A DNA stretch of 64,000 nucleotides from Octopus sinensis (lineage: Eukaryota), in the NCBI RefSeq assembly GCF_006345805.1, contig NC_042999.1, forward strand, positions 41,478,001 through 41,542,000, written 5' to 3'. The notes under the pieces are model-generated. The model was given only the letters and a program-made list of their open reading frames with translations, was not told the origin of the DNA and ran no database searches. Positions within the stretch are counted from its first letter, which is position 1. Every line of letters starts with the position of its first letter. Below, piece by piece: positions 25,018-39,011 of this stretch. A program made the position numbers and the translations under genes.

Positions 25018-25285
25018 CGGCCGGCTTCGACAGTCGCGCTCTGTTCCGCTGCCGACGCCTATTTCTCCTCGCGCGCAGTTTCTTCACGAAACTGCCGAAC
25101 AAGTCGCGGCCGGGCCCCCTAGCCCGAGTACTACCATACTTCTGTTTTGGCCCTCTAACAGCGCAGCCGCCCGCTAACGTGCCGCTCTCGCCGCTGCTGC
25201 CGACCGCGCAACGCCCAGCCGGCGCCGGCCCGACTTACGTGGCGCTCGGCTGACGGTGCTGCACGCTTTGCGGCTCCATGACCCG
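25018..25285. other. GC-rich block of unknown origin
   Basis: Hand count 181/268 G+C (about 68 percent), CpG-rich, in a very AT-rich window. Confidence 0.85.
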
Positions 25286-28200
25286 ATTATTATTATGCTG
25301 GTGGAATTTCAGAAATTGTAGAGTGCAAGACAAAATATTTTTGGGTATTCAGTTACTACCCTTGGTGCATTTGTGCTCAAATCTTGCTAATAATGACTTT
25401 TCCCTCTTATTCTTCCTGTGTATTCAAGTAGTCAAGTACTGGTTTCGAAATTATGTCCTCCCCCACAAGTTTCTGGCATAGTAATAATTTTAGAATTGTA
25501 TTACTCTCCACAGAATTTCTCTGTTGCTTTTCTTCTGCTCAATGTTTTGGATATAGCTGCCAAAACCTTTCTCAAAACACACGTACATTCTTTAAAAATA
25601 TATATATATAATAGACTTGCAGCATATTTAAGGAAGACGTGTTTCACAAGAAATGGGTTTTTATAAATCTCTACTTGTTAAGTCTATCCTAAATCTACTC
25701 TGGGAAAACTGGAGGAGCTTGTATGTATTAAGAAACGACAGAGCTTCGATGGAACTACTAACAAATAGCAGTTAAATCTCTCTAATATTACACATCATGT
25801 AGGTGTCAGTGGACAATGTGGTTCCTCATATGCAATAAACAAGATGGTCGTGGTTTGAACATTTTTATGATAGTCGTTGATATTTCTTGTGGGTTATTTT
25901 GAGGAGGAAATGTTTTATATGAGGTTTGTCCTGTGAAACTAATAATGTTACAATTATTTACATTGTTGATTGCATGTTGAGGACATACAATAAGTTTGCT
26001 CAACCTTACGTAAATACACATTTTGTACACATGAAATCAATACGTGAAATGGCATTAATACTCTGCCACAGTTGTTTGATCAGCAAGAATACATTATGAA
26101 CAAAATGTACATGAGTTATACCTATGACTTGACGAAGAGAAAAGGAATACTGGAAGTTGCCGAACATCGTAGGAAGCTTGAAGTAGATCTATATTGCCAG
26201 TTCTTGCAGTAGACTTTGTGACAGATCGATAGACATCACACTTCAAGAAAATATGAACACCTGAACATTCCAGATTCAATCCTCGCTAAAGTTGACATTT
26301 CAAACTCAGTAGGAGGTCACCAAGGAAGCATGGCCTAGGTGGACATTGCTCCCTGTGAGTGTCGAGAACAAACGGAGCGACACACTTGTATGATGGGAGT
26401 ACTTCTGAAGACTTCTCCTGCTGTCCGCTCACCGAGCAGCAAATTCCCATCTACTACTATCGCATACATCATTAACCAATACGGTGATTGTGATTTGACA
26501 ACAATATAAATATGTATCGATCCGTTGTACTGTATCTTATCATTTTAAATAGTTACTTATGTCCTTAGAAGCACACATTCAAATTACATTTAATTTCAAA
26601 TTATTTACACTTTATTGCGATAAAAATAAATCAAAACAGACTTTTCCTATTTTATAATCAAATCATATTCTCACGCTGTTTTGCACAACAGATGTTGCCT
26701 TCCTAATGAAATCGATTGTTAATGCTAATAAACTCAGGTAAACGAAATAATACTGTTTAAATTGACGGGGGATTCAAGTGATATAGACACTGAAGCTAAA
26801 AGTGCTCTTAATCCATGACCTCCATTCGTGTAATTTGTTTTCTTGATTTAAAATAATACTCACGCACAACTTCAGTAACAAGAGCATCAACATATTTTTA
26901 AATGTAATTATAGTGCTGTTAGTTTCTGATGTCAAATTTGAGTAAGATACTGCACTTTTACAAAGCTAATTAGACACTTGTAACACACGTTACGTTTTCC
27001 ATTCCCATCAAAAATAAAACAAAATTGATGATAAATTATAATGTACGGCTTAAATTTCTAAAGTAACTCTTCGACGATCAAGTCACTTCACAAACATGTA
27101 CATCTCTCCTACGTTTCTTTCAAAATATTTTACATTTTACCACTAAGTAAATGAAAACTTTATACAATACAAAAATCTACTCACATTCAATTACAAACAC
27201 TCAATAATTCAATTTATAAAATAAAATTACGATTCTTATTTGTAAATAAATATGAATAGCTTATGATTTTAATTATTATAATAACAGTTGTCGAAATTTA
27301 CCAAACACGGATATTTTTTAGAACCTAAATAATCTGCAGATTTTCAATCACTCAAAAAGTTTCTGTCTTTAACAGAATTATTTCAATACGAAATTAAATA
27401 TGGATAGATAAGTAGGCTTCTTTAATGACATTGGATGTAAGCCTGTTAATATAATTCTGTCTTGGGTATCTTTGGCACAGAACAGAAAATGTTTTGTTTA
27501 CCCTTTTCTGTAACAGAACATAGATTTTAGGTTTGGCTCAGAACGTGTCAAGTATTCGCCACTGAGAAGGCCAAAGCAAGTCGAAACATTCTGCCTGGCG
27601 ATCTACCGGCGCTCTGTGAATCCTTTTTGAGAAACTTTCTCTGAGGCGAAATATTACAGGCAGTTCCACTTTTTGTATATACATTGTAAATGCCATATAC
27701 GTTTTCATTATATATCTAAAAAGTAATTATTAAAGGCGGCCGTAGTAGTAATATCAAAAGACAATCTTTATATCCAACGTAACATAGATGTGTTCATTGA
27801 ACGCCGAATAAAATCTGGCTCTATGCGGCTAGCGGACATCTGTCACTGAAGAAAAGGAGCACGTAGAAATCACGCGATGTCGCAGTTCCAACAGCCGTAG
27901 CGGATGATTCTCGTCTGCCGACAAGATAAGTGATCTCCTGTGCGCCAGGCGTCTATATCAGAGGTCACCTTAAGGTAAATAATGCAGTATTCGTTCTTCA
28001 AAACATTCACGTAAAATTGGATACAAAGATTATATATTTAGCACTCTTTTTGTACTTTCTATTTGTCTCTCCTTTTCGCATAGCAGTATTTTCTGTTTTA
28101 TTTTTTAAATAATACTTTGACTTTGTTCAGGTTTATATATATTGTTAATATTATTGATGTTTAGTTAGATGCAAAAGTATGCTTTGCGGTTCCATTTCAT

Positions 28201-29251
28201 CTTTGTTATGTTCCTACTCTAACATTATAGATGCTCGTATTCTTTTTATTTAGTTGCCTTCTTCTAAAAGTAAAACTCCACAGGGACACTCTTATGCAGA
28301 AAGCTCTTTACTAGTTTCGATCAGCATTAATGCAGCGAATTATTTGGATCAGTGGCATGATTCAATTGCGTTGATCTATTGCCAATTTTTGTATTGAAGT
28401 CACAGGAGACATTGCCATCAATCAGGTAACAATTGTTAACAGATGTGATGGAGAGAAGTGGTTATTTATATTGAATACTTCGGCCAGTATTTTGATTTTA
28501 GAAGACATTTCTTAGAAAAACAAGTATATCCCCTAATAGATGAGTGATGGGAATTCTACAGTGACAGATTATGGGTATTTTCAGTAAGTTATTTCATGAA
28601 TTTTCCTTTGTTTTAATATTTTCGACACAAACCGTTCATGGGGGCAGCTGAGGTTAGTTACAGTCAATGTTGGAACTACTATAGAATTGTATCTGCTACG
28701 CGATACAATATATGTCTTAGCTCATCATCGACCATACGGTTAAATACAGACTCCAAGTTAGGCCTTCTGCCTACATTAGAGTTATGCCTTCTTATATTAT
28801 ACTTCCTTATATTTATATCTGCTCTATGCGTTATCAGCATAGATTCACAAGTAATTTCAAGACTTTGCCTCAACTCTGATGTCAGTTATTCTTTTTATTA
28901 CATTATGCCCATTATTACCATTTATGAACAGGCGTTGTTTGCTCAATGGTCTAATGCATTCTTTCCCAACGTTGTACGTTAGATTCCTCTCTTATGAGGA
29001 TCGACTTACAGCAAGATGTAAATATATAATGTTTCTTGATTTGAAAAACAAATAATCAACAGATTAAGCTTTGAGAAATAACAAATTAAAAGGAAACTGT
29101 ATTTCGTTTCGATAGAACATAGCCCATTGGGGAAAACAACTGTTTCGTCGTTAGCAATTTTTATGAAATGAAATTCAATTAAAATTCTATTTTTGTAGGT
29201 TTGCACAGTTGAAATTAACGACTGTTTGACCAGAGCAAAAATATTTAATTG

Positions 29252-29292
<41 letters not shown>

Positions 29293-31469
29293 GTTCGCAT
29301 ACACTCACATACAAAGACACAAACAAACATATATTGTGAATCAAATAAAAGAAAATATCTTAATATAAAAATTTAAAATATTTTGTATGCATGCAAATAC
29401 CGTGCCTAATCAAATTTCCTTCCTTCAAATAGAAACCAATCTCAGGTGTATGTGGAAAGGAGACAAAAGCCTTCCGGTTCAGTAAAACACTTCTGTTTGA
29501 AATAGCAATAGCAAATATAGTTTGTGTGAGGTGTCGCATTATAATATCACAACCGCTAATGACAAAATTAATTCTATGCAGAAAGTGGGTAATCTGTAGC
29601 ATAGGCATGGAAGAACTACTAATGGCTATGATCTATTTAAAATATAATGTAAAATTTCTTGATACAATTTCAAATTGACAATCATTGTAATATGATATTT
29701 ACTTGTGGTAGGACGGCTGCTGAAAAAAGACGTTCAAGATGTTAATTTGAAATATATAATTTTATTCAAGTGCATATATTATGTAACCAGATGAGGTTTT
29801 TTCTGGACTGTAGGGTGCAATCAATTCCGTTATATCGTTCGCCATCCTCTAGAGAGAAGTGCAGATGTAAGCCGAAATGATCGTCGTGCCAAATAAAGCT
29901 TACACTACGCTCTGTCTTCTCTATCAAATATTTAAAATATACTAAACGTGCACCGAGGAATTCCTTACGCAGATCCTACGAATAAAGTGCCGTACTGCTG
30001 GTAGCCGTATGCGGTGAATGTGCCAAGAGGTTTCACTCTCCATGCTTTAGCTTCGTTACTATGGCAACAGTCCGGATACCTATTGATCAGACCACGTCCA
30101 AATACGCCAGCTAAACTTGTTGTACTGTTTATTAGTCGTAAGACACCCGCTGTTTTTGTCCTGTTTTTACCATTATTGGTTTTTGTATTTTATATTTGTG
30201 TGGCATCGTCCGTTTTTCTGTCCCTGTTTCGTATACATTCGATCTTTCTTCCAAGAAATCTAATGCTCGTAGCTTAGTTTTTCCTTGGGGCTGGCCGGAT
30301 CGGAGCGATCTCAAGATTAATCAGCCGAAATTGCTAGGATGATCCGGTTTTTGACTGAAGATTGAAGGCTTCGAATGTTTTCTAAATGTTTTACGTTCTT
30401 GTCCCAGTTTGTATTTTACTACATAATATATATATATATAATGCTGAAACAATGCTATTTGCCAAAAATAATACAAGTCGATGGTTTGTACTTTTCTTGG
30501 TATTATAATATTTCGAGATTAGGACACATTCTACAGGAAATGTTCGGAGACGTGCTGTTGAAAGCTGACTACACTGTTCTGATAAAAGAACACACAATTG
30601 ACTGCACTTGCCTTGTTTCTTATAATCTGCATTATTTTGGCTTTATGAAAGAATTCAATAACGTAATATATATCATACATTTTATGCAGACTATACTAGT
30701 CTCTTTCTAATATCCTTCATTATAAATGAGCAATGCAGGTATCACTTGCATAGTTTTGAGATTGCCTCCGATATCCGTCGCTCATGTCACTTCGTACTGT
30801 CGCAGTTAGAAATGCAACTATTTGCTTCCCAAATACTTGAAAATGAGAGTAAAAGCCAGCCACAGACGCAAATTAACACGCAGGCGTGAATGATCTCATA
30901 AGCATGCACCATGCTTTTTTATAATTACTTTAGATGGCCATACGATCACGATCACAGATAGCCATTTTCTCTCGAATGCCTTACCCTTTTCCAGCGAACG
31001 TCTAATAGAGGGAGAGAAGAATAGCAGTAGCATTTAGCTATTACTCATTTTCAGCTGAGCTCACTTGAGCAACATGAAATGGAGCACCTTGCTGAAGGGT
31101 ACAGTGCGCCGTGCGACCCGGAAGCAGAATTCTTTATGCAATGCTTGTATGACCAACAGAGTAACGTCTTGGCAATGAACATTCACATTTAATAAAAAAT
31201 AAGACATATCTATATTTAAGATTATTTTTAGTAGTTTAATAAAATGTTGTTGCAGTCGAATTTATCTCAAAATGACTAGTATAACAATTCTACAATTTCT
31301 GAAGGTCACCTATAAAAAAGTAAAAAAAAAAAAAAAAACTTCGGCCGTCCTCATTCTGGAGTGATAAAAAGAATGCACGGGTTTGCCACAAGGTCTTACC
31401 AAATTAAAATATCTTCTGTGACAGTTTCGTTTATATTAGAAGCTTACTACTCAAATACAAGGTTTCGGG

Positions 31470-31790
31470 TTCAGTCACACTCGTGGAACATTGGGCAAGT
31501 GTTTTCTACTATAGCTCCTGGGCCGACCACAGCCTTGTGAATGGAACTGGTTGAGGGAAACTGAAAAAAGCTGATCCTGTGTATGTGTGTGCGTGCGTAT
31601 GTGCGTGAGTGTTGTGTGTGTGTGTGCGTGTGTGTGTCCTTATGTTTGTGTTTGACTCCCACTACGTTTTGGCAACTGGTATTGGTGTGTTTATATCGCC
31701 ATAATAGTGGTTCGGTAAAATAACGATTGGCAGAGTAAGAACTAAATTTCAAAAGTTAAGTACTGAGGACGACTTGTTTCATTAAACCCT
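31470..31790 (+). mobile_element. Decayed SINE S2
   Basis: gggttcagtcacactcgtggaacattgggcaagtgttttctactatagc.. Confidence 0.8.
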
Positions 31791-32526
31791 TCAAGCTAAG
31801 GCCTCAGTATGGCCTTGATCCAATGACTAAAACAAACAAAAAAAGATGAAAGATTAGATGTTGTACAAAATCACAAGTAACAACGATAAACAACAAACGT
31901 GAATTATTCTTATATATACTCTCCTTGCTGCAGGTTAATGAATTAAATAGTAAATAATAGAGTCAAAGTTGAACGAAGAGTGTTAACATTGCACAAACAT
32001 GGTATGAACGTCTTTTGAAATTCTATTTTCTCAGCATCATCCTTTAGGATTTATCACATCATTAGGGAAAGAAGCAATTATATGCTCTGTTTGAACTAAA
32101 AGTGATTTATTACTATCTCATCTACGAATCTTTCTCTTACTGACGAACATAACTCAATAGATGACATCCTGAGCAGATATTCATTTAAAACCCTTGAGAG
32201 TTTCGTCTCTTCGCCAGCTATGTCCAAAAATAGATCATATTCAGTACGACTAATTAATGAGCAACGTATGCTACGTCAGAAAATATAGAAACATTCACTG
32301 TGTAAGGAAGAAAAGCAAAAAGAGAAATGGAAAATCTAAGAGTGAAAGAGCAAAACGAAGAGGGAACAAGAAAATAAACCAAGAGAGATATGAAATAGGC
32401 CAAATGACATGAATATAATTTTCTTAGATGAAGGTTCATTTTCAAATTCAACATGGATCGATATGTATAAACATGTATACATATAAGGAATATATACTGT
32501 CATGTAAAAGTTTCATATATATATAT

Positions 32527-32558
<32 letters not shown>

Positions 32559-32961
32559 CAGACAGACAGATACACTATTTGAAGACTATGGAAATGTTTA
32601 CAAAATATTTCACTTAATTTTTTTCTCTAATTGAATTGTTTTTCTTATTTCACTCTTAGTTAAAATGCCCAAAAGGCACATACGTACATACATACATACA
32701 TACATACATACATGCAAACATACATACATACATGTGTATGCGCACACACACTGACCCACACACGCGCGCACAAACAAACAAACAAACAGAACGCAGCTTG
32801 AATAACGGACAGAGTCAACAACTTTTGAAAAGTTTGCAAGACGCAACAAAACTTTTAGAAAAAGAAGTAAACGAGTAGAAATTTTATCGGTGAGTGAGTT
32901 AAATTATAAGGCACTAAAAGTGGATGACTCTCCCAAGACACATCAGTATATATATATAAAT

Positions 32962-33454
32962 TATTCTATAATTATATGCATAATTATAACAAGGGGTCAG
33001 CTATTTGCCTCGGCACGTACTGAATTAGAAAAAGACGCTAATGTATTTTCTACTACCATAAAATCTCCGAGAAAACAACACACTTTTAATGTAGACAAAA
33101 GGAAAAAGATGAATTAACAAGGCCGTGGTTAATTATGAGTGCAGATTGATATCAGTCATACGATATCGCTCGATCGTATGCATATCTAAAAATACACGTG
33201 AATTTATCAAGAATAATACACTGAAGAGAACTGTAGGTAATTATGTTTTACTTTAATTTCGAAACGCGTCCGTAATTAACTACGGCCTTGTTAATTCATC
33301 TTAATTCGTCTTTTGTTTTGCCTACATTAAAGGTGTGTTATTTTCTTGGACATTTTACGGTAGTAGAAAATACATTAGCGTCTATTTCTAATTCAGTACG
33401 TGGTGAGGCAAATAGCTGACACCTTGTTATAATTATGTATATAATTATAGAATA
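32962..33454. mobile_element. PLE-like fold-back with a hammerhead in its spacer
   Basis: Diverged inverted arms 32962-33135 and 33273-33454; TA-rich flanks. Confidence 0.85.
33216..33274 (+). ncRNA. Type-I hammerhead ribozyme motif, partly decayed
   Basis: CTGAAGA 33221-33227, GAAA 33261-33264, palindromic ACGCGT stem III, GUC site at 33268-33270, stem I tac/gta with an A.C mismatch; weak stem II. Confidence 0.65.
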
Positions 33455-33520
33455 TTTTTCAAAATTTACCTAAAAGGTTTATATTTAGTACTTGGTAAAA
33501 TTATCATTGATTTTACCCTA

Positions 33521-33571
<51 letters not shown>

Positions 33572-33764
33572 GAAGTAGATCACCTGCGATCAAACTACAA
33601 AGAAAAGAATGTTCTCTAGAGAAAAATTCAACGGACACCAGAACAATATGCGGGCAAGACAGATGAAAATTATATAAAAAACAAGAATTAATCGCAGACC
33701 TAGGTTTCGCCTATAAATGAAGCTCACCACAATATATTAAACAATGCGGAAATGTTATTTATCA

Positions 33765-34320
33765 AACTAAGTATCGTTACAATCAACACATTTTTGGCAA
33801 CCAGTTAAATGCTTGGTTATTCTGATAACAAGAATCTGGAGTTCTGAAACTGATGAACTCTTTGAACGCACTTTCAGCGTTGGTTTGATTTTTGAACTCT
33901 TCTCGCAAGAAACCATAAAGGTTCATGAAAAATTGGTAGCTGGTTGTGTAATGGTCTGGGGGATACGCTGGGTAGGGAAGAACCTCGTAAACAAGTTCCT
34001 TCAACTTCCGGAGCGTCATTACTGAACCGTGTGGTCGAGCATTGTCATGAAGAATGGTTAGCCCTCTTCTGTTGACCAGTCTGGGACGGAGGAGCAGCAG
34101 TATTTCCTTCATGTCGGTAATTTTATGGCAATATGTTTCTGTAGTAATGGTTTTTCCGGGTTTTACAGTTATAGTGGATGAGTCCAGCAGTACACCTCCA
34201 AACAATCACCATAAATTTCTTTCTGAAGAGCTCGGATTTAGGCAAGGTTTCTGGTACTTCATTTGTGTAGAATGTCTTTTTTATTATTATGCAGAATCCA
34301 CTTTTCATCGCAAGTTACGA
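33765..34320 (-). mobile_element. Mariner (DD34D, SETMAR/Hsmar1-like) transposase catalytic-domain pseudogene fragment
   Basis: DEKWILHN, KFMVIVW, TILHDNARPH, YPAYPPD..YQFF; frameshifted. Confidence 0.92.
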
Positions 34321-34439
34321 CGAAGAAGCGACGAATAAATTTCATATATGTGCATTTTCTGATTTTCATTTGTCGAGAGTTTTTGATTTTCCAATCAAAT
34401 GCAAATGGTAGCAGGTAGTTTTCTGGCTAGTATGTAATG

Positions 34440-34790
34440 TTAGTTATCAGCATACACTACTTTTTAATCTGTAGCCAAGTATAATTACTCACATCTGATT
34501 TTAAATAGAAATATCCAGTATTAAGGCTACTTGCTTCAAGAATTTTAAAAATAAATGAAGTTATCAGCTTATGATATTTTTCAATCCATATCCAAAAATA
34601 AATACTCACATCGGATTTAAATGTGAAATATCAAGTGTTAATAGGGTGAGTCGTCTCAAAAATATCGAAAATGTCTTGGAAGTTTATCAAGATATAATAT
34701 TTTCTAATTCCTATCCAAGTAGAAATACTCACATCGGATTTAAATATGAAATATCGAGTTTATCCTAGCTAATTTTATTACGTCCATTCC
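34440..34790 (+). repeat. Three degenerate tandem units of about 120 bp
   Basis: tactcacatc(t/g)gattt..aaat..gaaatatc at 34486, 34603 and 34726; agtt(t)atca at 34442, 34559 and 34681. Confidence 0.75.
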
Positions 34791-34884
34791 ATGGACAGTT
34801 ATTTGAATAATTCATGTCATATCCCTATCGTATGTCACGGGAATACTGAACTTTAGATTTTATAAAGTTTATCGTATAAATATA

Positions 34885-35265
34885 TTTCTTTATTGCCCAC
34901 AGGGCTAAACATGCAGAAGACAAACAAGGACAGACAAAGGGATTAAGTAGATTGCATAGACCCCAGTGTGTAACTGGTACTTATTTAATCGACCCCGAAA
35001 TGGATGAAAGGCAAAGTCAACCTCGGCGGACGAAATACCTATTTCTATACTACCCACAAGGAGCTAAACACAGAGGAGACAAAGACAAACAAACGGATTA
35101 AGTCGATTACATCGACCCCAGTGCGTAACTGTTACTTAATTTATCTACCCCAAAAGTATGAAAAGCAAAGTCGACCTCGGCGGAATTTGAACTTCGAACA
35201 TAACTGCAGACGAAATACGGCGACGCATTTCGCCCGGCGTGCTAACGTTTCTGCCAGCTCGCCTC
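34885..35265 (-). mobile_element. Two tandem S1 SINEs
   Basis: Repeated tail-core segments at 34885-35030 and 35030-35265. Confidence 0.85.
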
Positions 35266-36404
35266 CTAATATATCGTATAAATTGAAAGATATCCTACAG
35301 TATATATTGTCTAAAGGAACGAATGAATGAATGACTCATATCAATGTAATAAGAATTTTCACCGAGCGTGCGTCCGTATGAAGATCTTTCGTTATTTAGA
35401 AACCTTGCTGTTTCTTTTTCGTCTGAAAACTACATATGTTGTATGTAACATCGCATTTTAAGTCTTTCATTATAATAATTCCAGAACCCCTTCGATGGTC
35501 CTGCTCTAAACAAATTTATGGTTTATAGTTACAGTTAGGGTTAGTATTTAGCAAGTATGGTGTTATTGTAAATATTTACCAAATGTTTATCCAGTCAGAT
35601 TATCTTTATCAGCAAGCAACTTTTGTGTGAAAGTGTTGGTGTGATTGCGCGCGCGACTGGACCGTACATAGAAATTTTGTTTAGAAAAGTACTTTTACAT
35701 TCCTTGCAGTCAATTCATTAGGTTAATCCCAGCGTTTTTGGTAACAATATATTCTCTCTTTTAATTAAATATTAAAAAAGAGAGAAAAAAGCCCACCCTC
35801 TCTTTTGCAAGAGAAATTAATTTTGGTGGTAAAGACTAAACACCTTGTTTCATTATCACAATTAAAAGGCGTTTATCTTTACTTCAAAAAAAAAAAAAAG
35901 GAAGAGTTGAAGTCGTAGACGTATGACGGAGAATTATTCAATATCGTGTTCGCATCTATGAGAATCGTTTACCATTAAAGCGAAAAAAAAAAAACCCCGA
36001 CGTATACGACTATTATGTAAAACATATTTCTGTTTCTTTAGCTAAAATTATTACCTTAGTACACATATAACATCGAAATGTACAACTTTATTCTTACGAT
36101 GATAGTGTACTCATGTCACATAAATGTAAATTTAATTTATCTATTGAGTATTAATTCAAACGGCTGTAAGTGAAGGTGACCAATTTGCTGTTAATAATAA
36201 ACAATTATTAAATCCATTCCTCTCTTGCCAGTATGAAAGCCAATCTAGCTATGCTGATTTTATTGTTCTTATTATATTTATCCCATATTATATCGGTATA
36301 AACATGATGCAACCCCAAAATTTGACACACTAATCAGTATCGTTAGACGGTAGTCGGCATAATCAATATAACCTTTATTTGCACACCTCTAACGAATTTA
36401 AAAG

Positions 36405-36443
<39 letters not shown>

Positions 36444-36474
36444 ATATATATATAATATATATATCGATACAGGC

Positions 36475-36870
36475 TCAGGAGTGGCTGTGTGATAAGAAGC
36501 TTGCTAACATACCACATGGTTCCGAGTTCAGTCCCACTGCGTGGCACCTGGGCGAGCGTCTTCTACTATGGCCTCGGGACTACCAAAGCCTTGTGAGTAG
36601 ATTTGCTAGATGGAAACTGAAAGAAGCCCGTCTTATATATATGTGTGTGTATGTATGTATGTGTGTGCGTGTGTGCGTGTGTCCGTGTTTGCCCCACCTA
36701 CAATTGCTTGACAACCGATGCTTGTGTGTTTACGTCCCCGTAACGTTGCAGTTCGGCAAAAGACACTAGGCTTTCAAAGAATAGGTCCTGGGGTCGATTT
36801 GCCCGACTAAAGGCGGTGCTCCAGCAAGGCCGCAGTCAAATGACTGAAAAAACGTAAAAGCGTAAAAACG
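36475..36870 (+). mobile_element. SINE S2, near full length
   Basis: caggagtggctgtgtgataag..ttcagtcccactgcgtggcacc..ggcggtgctccagcaaggccgcagtcaaatgactgaaa; a reversed S2 tail follows at 36915-36975. Confidence 0.92.
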
Positions 36871-36914
<44 letters not shown>

Positions 36915-37019
36915 TTTTATTCTTTTACTTGTTTCAGTCATTTGAGTGCGGCTATGCAGGAGCACTGCCTTAAACATATATATATATATATATGTATATC
37001 ATTTCTCCAAATCTCTTTA

Positions 37020-37215
37020 CCACCTGTCTAGAAATGATCATGAAGAGATCGATTGGACAGGTGGCGTGAAAATCAATGTCGAGCAACCATCACACTGATT
37101 TGCAGATGACATTGAACGCATCGCTGAAACCACAGACCAGCTGCAGATAATGCTGACATAGCTGAACACTCAGAGCTTTGCAGTAGGTCTTAAAATGAAC
37201 CACACGAAAACAGAA
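37020..37215 (+). mobile_element. RTE-like LINE RT fragment
   Basis: CLEMIMKR..WTGGVKINVEQPSH*FADDIERIAETTDQLQIMLT*LNTQSFAVGLKMNHTKTE (FADD motif; frameshifted). Confidence 0.8.
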
Positions 37216-38329
37216 AATATATTTCCCGCTACAAAAGCAATATAAGTTACGTTGCTGAGCGCAACGTGCAGGAGTAGTCTTATAAAATTAACTTTGATTT
37301 GATATTTGCCATTCTGCGCTCAAAAGCTACAAACAGTATTTACTTTTCAATTATTCGGTGACTTAAGTTCTAATGAAACTCCTTCTCGATACACTTAGCC
37401 GCATAAGACCGGTTTCCCGGTTTCTGCAATGTATATATTCCCCATTGGCCGGAACGCAGGTCTGTCGTAGTATTATTCGTTTTTGCTCCGTAAATGGAAT
37501 GGATTAATATGAAATGAAGTTGGTTGCTCAAGAACACAACGCAATGGCCAATCCAAGAATCGAAATCACAATCTTACAATTATAAGTCCAGCTCCCTCAC
37601 CAATAGAGATTCTCCACTTGAGTATCAATACAGTATTAGTAATATTCTAAAGTCTGTGAAATCGATGACCAGCACTAAGAGACGCATCACTCTTACAGAA
37701 GGTTAAAGTACAGTAAGGATTATCTTCTTTGCCTCATGTGTAGAATATATCGTTATTGTTACTGTGTCGTCCTCGATTTCTTCGTCATAGTGGCCATACT
37801 GAAAGACACAGTATGGATGACGCGGGTTGATTAGTTTTTTCAACTATCACCTGTGGAGTAAGATCCGCCTGGAGAGGAAATCCGTGTCTCAAGGTGTGTT
37901 TCGAAAAAGATGGACGCCTGTCGTAAGAATGATGCGAGAGGAAGGTCCCGAGCTGGTGTAGCCAGTGCGGAAGGAAAAAAAGGAAAAACGTGGAAAAAAA
38001 AACAACAAAAAGTGAAAACAACCGGCGGGTTGATTGGAACCCTAAAGCTAACAATCGATTTCATTATACTATATATCCATCTCGATTTTCTGATTTTTAT
38101 ATAATTTTCTATTTTTCGCTTTTTAATTGTCGAATTTTTAGTCTCGATTTAGGTTGTCACAATCGTTATATGTTGTAGTGTCCATGTTCGTCCCCTTCTA
38201 TGTACGTCTTCTATAGATAATAAAAGAAATTGTGTCGCCCTCAATCAGTTAAACGTATCAAACATACGATCAAAGATATCGAAGAGGCGACCAAAAGGTA
38301 TTTTTTAATATAATGTAATCAGCATGGTG

Positions 38330-38545
38330 TCGAGCTCGCAGAATCGTTAGCACGCCAGGAAAAATTCTGAGCAGTACTTCATCAATCATCATGTTCTGAG
38401 TTAAAATTCCGCTCAGGTCCACTTTGCATTTCATCCTTTCCGGGTAGATAAAATAAAGTACCGGTTTAACACTGGGGTCTACATAATCGAGTTACCCCTT
38501 ACTCCGAAATAATTGGCATTCAGTCAAAATCTGAAATCAGTATGG
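38330..38545 (+). mobile_element. Old SINE S1b
   Basis: gagctcgcagaatcgttagcacgcc..ttctgagttaaaattccg..tttcatcctttcc. Confidence 0.8.
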
Positions 38546-38945
38546 TGAAATTAACAATATATTACCCAAGTTTCTAGCAGATTGTTCGATCACATTGTGG
38601 GTCTGTCATTTGCTTATCAGCAGAAAAGTTGATGCAATCCGTACATATAATATAGAATAATAGAGAAATATTTAAACACTCTTTAATAATTGTAAATTAA
38701 TATATATTGACACGCATTCCTCAACAAGACTATACGAATGGTTTGAGACAGAATCGCACTTTCACTTTCAAATATCGACCTATTGACCTGTGAAAAGGTA
38801 ATTATTTGATTTAATGAAATTATGACGGCTTCACAGTATTAAATGCCAGGAGAAGCATATAGTCGTACGTACGTAGAGACGTATTTACGTACGCACGCAC
38901 GTATGTACGCATGTATGCATATATGTGTGTATATATATATGAATG

Positions 38946-39011
<66 letters not shown>

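Noticed and set aside
27846-27885. CTGAAGA..GAAA as a hammerhead
   Set aside because: No stem II or stem I pairing.
27730-27980. Possible first exon ending AAG|GTAAAT at 27974 in a mildly CpG-rich patch
   Set aside because: A donor-like motif alone is insufficient; no coding signal or partner exon was recognised.
30010-30420. PLE-like pseudo-LTR with a GGCTG..CAGCC-GAAA hairpin
   Set aside because: The catalytic core cannot be reconstructed; it may be a repeat but I cannot support a class.
32140-32170. CTGACGA motif
   Set aside because: No downstream GAAA or stems.
37785-38180. Overlapping short ORFs in a moderately GC-richer patch
   Set aside because: No recognisable domain or element termini.
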